From NCBI GenBank assembly GCA_046714395.1, contig JBKKBB010000071.1, positions 1 through 38,937 of the forward strand: a stretch of 38,937 nt of DNA, given 5' to 3'. Shown piece by piece: positions 35,336 to 38,937 of the stretch; position 1 is the stretch's first letter, and each line of letters starts with the position of its first letter. The notes below the pieces were generated by a model. The model saw only the letters and a list, made by a program, of their open reading frames with translations. It did no database searches and was not told the origin of the DNA. Source of the DNA: Candidatus Limnocylindrales bacterium (GTDB lineage Bacteria > Chloroflexota > Limnocylindria > Limnocylindrales > CSP1-4). Both the position numbers and the translations under genes were made by a program.

Positions 35336-35785
35336 CTAGCCGCGGCCGATCTGGGCCAGATGCTCCTCGTCGTGTTCGAGCGCAATGCGGAGCAGTGCCG
35401 CCACGTCCAGGACCCCGAACGTGGCATGTCGGCCCTGGCGCGCCCAGTCGGCGGCGGAGAGCGCATCGAGTCGGGCGACCGTTTGCACTCGCCGTTCCGT
35501 GAACGCGGCAAGTGCGCCGAAGAAGGTGTCGTCGTCCGGTCCCACCCAGAGGCCGGGCTCGGTCCATGGCCAATGCGGGAAGGTCTCGGTCCCCAGAGCG
35601 TCAATGCGAGCGTGCCAGACCTCCTCCTCGACGGCTGCGAGATGCAGAACGACCTCGCGAGCGGACCAATCACCGGGCTCGGGTCCGTCTTCGGGCGAGA
35701 TGGAAGGGCGTGCGGCGGCGGCTGAGGCAGTCCGCGCCGGCACGGCCGCAAGCGCGTCGCGGATAACCTGCTGCTCGGGCGTCAT
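35336..35785 (-). CDS. DinB-family / mycothiol-dependent-isomerase-N-terminal-like protein
   Basis: WSAREVVLHLAAVEEEVWHARI and EHDEEHLAQI give the His pattern of DinB_2-type bundles. ATGA overlap with the metF-like stop. Confidence 0.7.
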   Translation of the reverse strand: MTPEQQVIRDALAAVPARTASAAAARPSISPEDGPEPGDWSAREVVLHLAAVEEEVWHARIDALGTETFPHWPWTEPGLWVGPDDDTFFGALAAFTERRVQTVARLDALSAADWARQGRHATFGVLDVAALLRIALEHDEEHLAQIGRG

Positions 35786-36675
35786 GTCGCGCCCAGCACT
35801 CTGAGGTACTCGTGGCGCCACGTTTCGGTCGATTCGACCTGGTTGAACGTGTAGACGTGGAGGTCGATGACGTTGGCAGCCGGATCGGCGATCACCGGCG
35901 CCAGCTTCTCCAGCAGGCCGGTCGGGCGGTAGATGCCGCCGGCCGTCAGCAGCTCGCCGACGAAGCGGGCGTTCTTGGACAGGAATCGGCCCGTGTCCTT
36001 GACGCCGATCCGCGCGCTGATGGACAGCAACTTCGGGATCTCGGCGACGCCCGGGATGCCGATCTTCACGGGCAGCGTGATCCCCTCGGCGCGTCGCGCG
36101 GCGATGAACGCGCGGATTGCAACGGCATCGAAGCACAGCTGCGTCGTCATGTAGGACGCGAAGGCTGCCTTGTCGCGGAGCGCCTGGAACAGCGCGGGCT
36201 GCGGAATCACGGCGTGACCCTGCGGGTAGCACGGGACGCCGATGTCCCTCGGCCCGTTGCCGAGATCCGCTATGGCTCGCAGCAACGACAACCCGTCGAG
36301 GAAGTCCCCCGGATCCTCCGCATCGCCGCCCACGACAAACGCCCGGTGGATCCCGGCGTCGGCCAGGCGAGCGAGCAGCTCGCCCAGGTGGGCGCGGTCG
36401 CGGACCATGCGGGCCGACAGGTGCGGGATCGCGCGGAACCCCTGCGCCTCGAGGGCGATGCTCAGATCGATGGTGGCCTCGATGCCTTTGGCCGGCGAGG
36501 CGGTCACGGACACCGTGGCAGCCGGCGGCAGGAACGCCGCCTGGTCGTGCACGTTCTTCAACGGAATGAGCTCGAAGGTGGGGGCCTCGAGGATGGCGGC
36601 GAGGTCGCCGCGCGCCGCCGTGCTGAGCCCGGAACCGGGGCGGCTCCGACCCCCGAGACGCCGCAGGAACGCCAC
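35782..36675 (-). CDS. Methylenetetrahydrofolate reductase-like protein (MetF family)
   Basis: Motifs present: FELIPLK...VSVTASPAKG, IPHLSAR, AFVVGGD, CYPQGH, MTTQLCFD. GTG 36675 lies 2 nt after the mttB-family stop. Confidence 0.78.
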   Translation of the reverse strand: MAFLRRLGGRSRPGSGLSTAARGDLAAILEAPTFELIPLKNVHDQAAFLPPAATVSVTASPAKGIEATIDLSIALEAQGFRAIPHLSARMVRDRAHLGELLARLADAGIHRAFVVGGDAEDPGDFLDGLSLLRAIADLGNGPRDIGVPCYPQGHAVIPQPALFQALRDKAAFASYMTTQLCFDAVAIRAFIAARRAEGITLPVKIGIPGVAEIPKLLSISARIGVKDTGRFLSKNARFVGELLTAGGIYRPTGLLEKLAPVIADPAANVIDLHVYTFNQVESTETWRHEYLRVLGAT

Positions 36676-36677
36676 GC

Positions 36678-37631
36678 TCAGACCTCTGAATCCGGGAACG
36701 AGGCCTTGCGCTTGTTGATGAACTCCTGGAGCGCCTCGTCGACGCCGGGGTCGATCGGCGGAGCCTCGTACTCGTTGAGCATCCGCTTCCAGATCTTGTT
36801 GGCCCGCTGCGCGGCATCGAGGCCACCGTCCTCGAGCCACTGCTCGTACGAGTTGTTGTCGGCGATCTCGGATCGATAGAACGCGGTCTCGAAGTTGGCC
36901 AGCGTGTGGCTGTTGCCGAGGAAGTGGAGGCCCGGGCCGTTTTCCCTGATCGCGTCCAAGGCCTGCCCGTTTTCCGACAGGTCCACGCCGTTGACGAAGA
37001 CCGCGGCCATGCCGCACTGATCGGCATCGAGGATGAACTTCTCGTAGCCGATTGCGAGTCCGCCCTCGAGCCAGCCGGCGGCATGAAGGACAAAGTTGAC
37101 GCCGGCCAGGATCGTGGGCTGGAACGTGGCCGCGGATTCGTAGGCTGCCTGCGCATCGGCGATCTTCGAGGCGCACAGGTTGCCCCCCGACCGGAACGGG
37201 ACCCCGAGTCGCCGGGCCAGCGCGGCCATCGTGTACAGCACGAGCGCCGGCTCGGGCGTCCCGAAGGTTGGGGCGCCGGATTGCATCGAGATCGAGCTGG
37301 CGAAGGAACCCAGCACCACCGGTGCCCCTGGTCGCGTGAGCTGCACGAACGTCATGCCGGCCAGCGCCTCGGCCAGCGTTTGCGCCGCGGTGCCTGCCAC
37401 CGTGACCGGGGACATCGCTCCCGCCAGGATGAACGGGGTGATCAGCGTCGCCTGGTTGTTGCTCGCGTACACGCGGGCGGCGCCGAGCATCGTCGAATCC
37501 CAGACGAGCGGGGAATTCGCGTTGATCAGGCTAAGCACGACGGTGTTACGTCGGACGAAGTCCTCGCCGAAGGCGATCTTGGCCAGCTCGACGGTGTCCT
37601 CGGCCCGCGACGGGTGGGTGACCGAGCCCAT
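36678..37631 (-). CDS. MttB-superfamily (trimethylamine/quaternary-amine:corrinoid methyltransferase) C-terminal fragment
   Basis: Motifs present: INANSPLVWDSTMLGAARVYASNNQATLITPFILAGAMSPVTVAGT, and GAPTFGTPEPAL. It is in the same frame as 37662..38216, separated only by an in-frame TAA and 10 codons. Confidence 0.85.
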   Translation of the reverse strand: MGSVTHPSRAEDTVELAKIAFGEDFVRRNTVVLSLINANSPLVWDSTMLGAARVYASNNQATLITPFILAGAMSPVTVAGTAAQTLAEALAGMTFVQLTRPGAPVVLGSFASSISMQSGAPTFGTPEPALVLYTMAALARRLGVPFRSGGNLCASKIADAQAAYESAATFQPTILAGVNFVLHAAGWLEGGLAIGYEKFILDADQCGMAAVFVNGVDLSENGQALDAIRENGPGLHFLGNSHTLANFETAFYRSEIADNNSYEQWLEDGGLDAAQRANKIWKRMLNEYEAPPIDPGVDEALQEFINKRKASFPDSEV

Positions 37632-37661
37632 GAACGGCTTGTCCGAGTACTTGATGTTCGA

Positions 37662-38216
37662 TTAGACCATGTCGAGGTGACGCTTGTTCACCGGCACGTC
37701 GACCGGCTCGCAGACCGTGCCGCCGGAATGATGGAGGTTCGGGCTCATGTAGGTGAGCTTCACGAAATTCCGGAAGTCCTCGATCGTCCCGTAGCGGCGC
37801 CCGGTGTCGAGGTCGCGCACGAACGGCGAGCCGTAGTTCGGGGCGAGGACCGTGTACGGATCACCGATCTGCACGCTCCGCTCATGGTTTCGGGCGTGCT
37901 GGGTGAAGGTGCGCGGGGCAGACGCCTGGACGATCTTCCGGCACATGCCGCGTGGGAACCGGACGAGTTCCCCGGTCACGTCGGCGCCGGCTTCGCGGAG
38001 CAGGCGGAGCGCATCCGGATCTCCCCGGAACTCGATCCCGACTTCCTCGAGAATCGTGTCGGCGTTGTGCTCCAGGAGCGCCAGGCCCTCCTCGGTCAGC
38101 ACCTCGAACGGCTTCAGGGCGCGGGTCAGGAACGGCGCCGATTCCACGTGGGCGGCGAGTCTCGCCGCCATCCGCCCGGCGCGGCCCCCGGTTCGATGGC
38201 GCGGACCTTCATGCAT
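37662..38216 (-). CDS. MttB-superfamily methyltransferase N-terminal fragment (ends at in-frame TAA 37664-37662)
   Basis: AGAGGA lies 6 nt before ATG 38216. Motifs present: FEVLTEEGLALLEHNADTILEEVGIEF, ALRLLREAGADV, RFPRGMCRKIV. Confidence 0.85.
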   Translation of the reverse strand: MHEGPRHRTGGRAGRMAARLAAHVESAPFLTRALKPFEVLTEEGLALLEHNADTILEEVGIEFRGDPDALRLLREAGADVTGELVRFPRGMCRKIVQASAPRTFTQHARNHERSVQIGDPYTVLAPNYGSPFVRDLDTGRRYGTIEDFRNFVKLTYMSPNLHHSGGTVCEPVDVPVNKRHLDMV

Positions 38217-38520
38217 CAGCGTTCCTCTCGGTCGTCGGATGGTGTTGACCCCCACCTACGAACACCATTCGTGGTAGGCGCGCGATTGCCATCGCCGGGA
38301 CGGCCCGCGGCGAGGCCCGGATGTCGGACATCGCCCCGGCTGAGCGTGGGACGGGACGACGTGCGGTTCCCGGGACCCGCGGCGGGCCGCTGAATCCTGC
38401 CCCTCCGCACATACCACGAGCCCGGTTCGTAGGTGGTAGCGGATCCGGACTGCGGCCCGGTTACCACGAATGCCGCTCGTATCTGGGGATGGCTGCGGCC
38501 ACAGGCACGGATTCCGCTCC
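38217..38520 (-). promoter_or_regulatory. Long structured leader/intergenic RNA candidate upstream of the MttB-family gene
   Basis: A 304-nt non-coding gap. It holds perfect 12-nt (38252-63 / 38425-36) and 11-nt (38266-76 / 38462-72) complementary pairs, an 8-bp GC stem (CGGCCCGC/GCGGGCCG) and several local hairpins. Confidence 0.4.
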
Positions 38521-38937
38521 TCATGGCTCGCGCTCGGCGGTCGGGGCCGGCTCCCGACCCCTGCGGTTCGGGGCGGTCGAGCGGCCCCGGCTGCTCGAGG
38601 TCGTCCCAGGTGCGTCGCCGCGGCGGGCGGGCAGCTCGACGACGGTGGCCAGGTTGGGCATCGGCGCGATTCGATGCGGAAGCGCCATGGCGTCCACGAA
38701 ATGCTCCTGGAACCGCGGCTGAACGGCCGTCTCGATCTTCTCGACCGTTCGAACAACCGACTCGATCTCACGGCGAGCCTCACCCGAGAGCAGGGCAATG
38801 AGCGCCCCGGTCCCAGCCGCGTTGCCGGCCGGTCCGACGCAGTCCAGCGGCGCGTCCGGCACGAGCCCGAGAACCAGCGCGTGGAGCGGATCGATCTGGC
38901 TCCCAAACGCGCCGGCCAGCTCCACGCGATCCACCGT
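38521..38937 (-). CDS. ASKHA-fold corrinoid reductive activase (RamA/DUF4445-like), C-terminal part; the gene continues beyond the window
   Basis: The sequence VELAGAFGSQIDPLHALVLGLVPD...GNAAGTGALIALLS...VEKIETAVQPRFQEHFVDAMALPH is typical of RamA-type activators. The 5' end lies outside the window. Confidence 0.75.
   Translation of the reverse strand, partial: TVDRVELAGAFGSQIDPLHALVLGLVPDAPLDCVGPAGNAAGTGALIALLSGEARREIESVVRTVEKIETAVQPRFQEHFVDAMALPHRIAPMPNLATVVELPARRGDAPGTTSSSRGRSTAPNRRGREPAPTAEREP

Noticed and set aside
35336-37176. The 606-aa and 464-aa minus-strand ORFs spanning several genes
   Set aside because: Only their C-terminal parts are real (the DinB-like and MetF-like proteins). 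The N-terminal extensions overlap the conserved MttB-family frame and are compositionally junk.
37662-37664. Pyrrolysine-type recoding in the MttB-family gene
   Set aside because: The codon is TAA, not TAG. It lies in the N-terminal third rather than at the known Pyl position, and no pyl genes are visible in the window. It is kept only as an unexplained in-frame stop.
38217-38520. A cobalamin riboswitch in the mttB-family leader
   Set aside because: There is a loose resemblance (GGGAA...GUCCCG..CCAC) to the cobalamin core. However, I cannot find the GGUG..AAUCCGG hairpin or a B12 box (GCCAGGAxACCxGCC). It needs a covariance-model search before any claim can be made.
38216-38906. ORFs of 102, 67 and 216 aa on the minus strand, and 133 and 122 aa on the plus strand, across the mttB leader
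   Set aside because: These are Arg/Pro/Gly-rich and have no motifs. They overlap one another and the RamA-like C-terminus out of frame, so they are treated as non-coding.
1-38937. tRNA, rRNA, transposase, integrase or phage genes that would mark a mobile island
   Set aside because: None were recognised on either strand. VapBC is the only classic accessory module, and it has no flanking repeats that I could see.

Overview
This is a high-GC bacterial chromosomal window with about 37 protein-coding genes. By eye I found no rRNA, tRNA, CRISPR array, transposase or integrase. An Actinomycetota- or Chloroflexota-like origin is my inference only; it rests on the polyphosphate glucokinase, the CysO/CysM/Mec/MoeZ cysteine pathway, the DinB-type proteins, leaderless-looking promoters and the many ATGA/GTGA stop-start overlaps.

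Gene order, left to right:
- DUF4397 surface protein (-)
- B12-domain MerR regulator plus photolyase (+)
- SDR oxidoreductase, a frameshifted ppgK, a Kef-type antiporter and an aldehyde dehydrogenase (+)
- Nudix hydrolase with a small membrane protein, an AT3-SGNH acyltransferase, purE and a GrpB-PurK fusion (-)
- nucleoside hydrolase (+)
- a long minus-strand sulfur block: rrf2-sufC-sufS, vapBC, sufU, then prx-moeZ-cysO-cysM-mec
- DinB and DUF885 (-)
- a right-hand block that looks like methylated-amine catabolism: DMGDH-like dehydrogenase, PotABCD-type ABC transporter, CrtI-like oxidoreductase, DinB, MetF-like reductase, an MttB-family methyltransferase and a partial RamA-like corrinoid activase.

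I do not see a clear novel defence-type system. The candidates for something undescribed are:
1. A 304-nt leader upstream of the MttB-family gene with interlocking perfect 11- and 12-nt complementarities.
2. The MttB-family gene, which is otherwise intact but carries one in-frame TAA.
3. The hybrid corrinoid/flavin methylamine gene block as a whole.
4. A GrpB-PurK fusion.
5. A MoeZ-like enzyme with reversed domain order, in a peroxiredoxin-led CysO operon.
6. A CarH-type operator (three phased 11-bp repeats) placed over a strong promoter that drives the DUF4397 gene.

All functional calls come from reading motifs in the translated ORFs; no database search was run.
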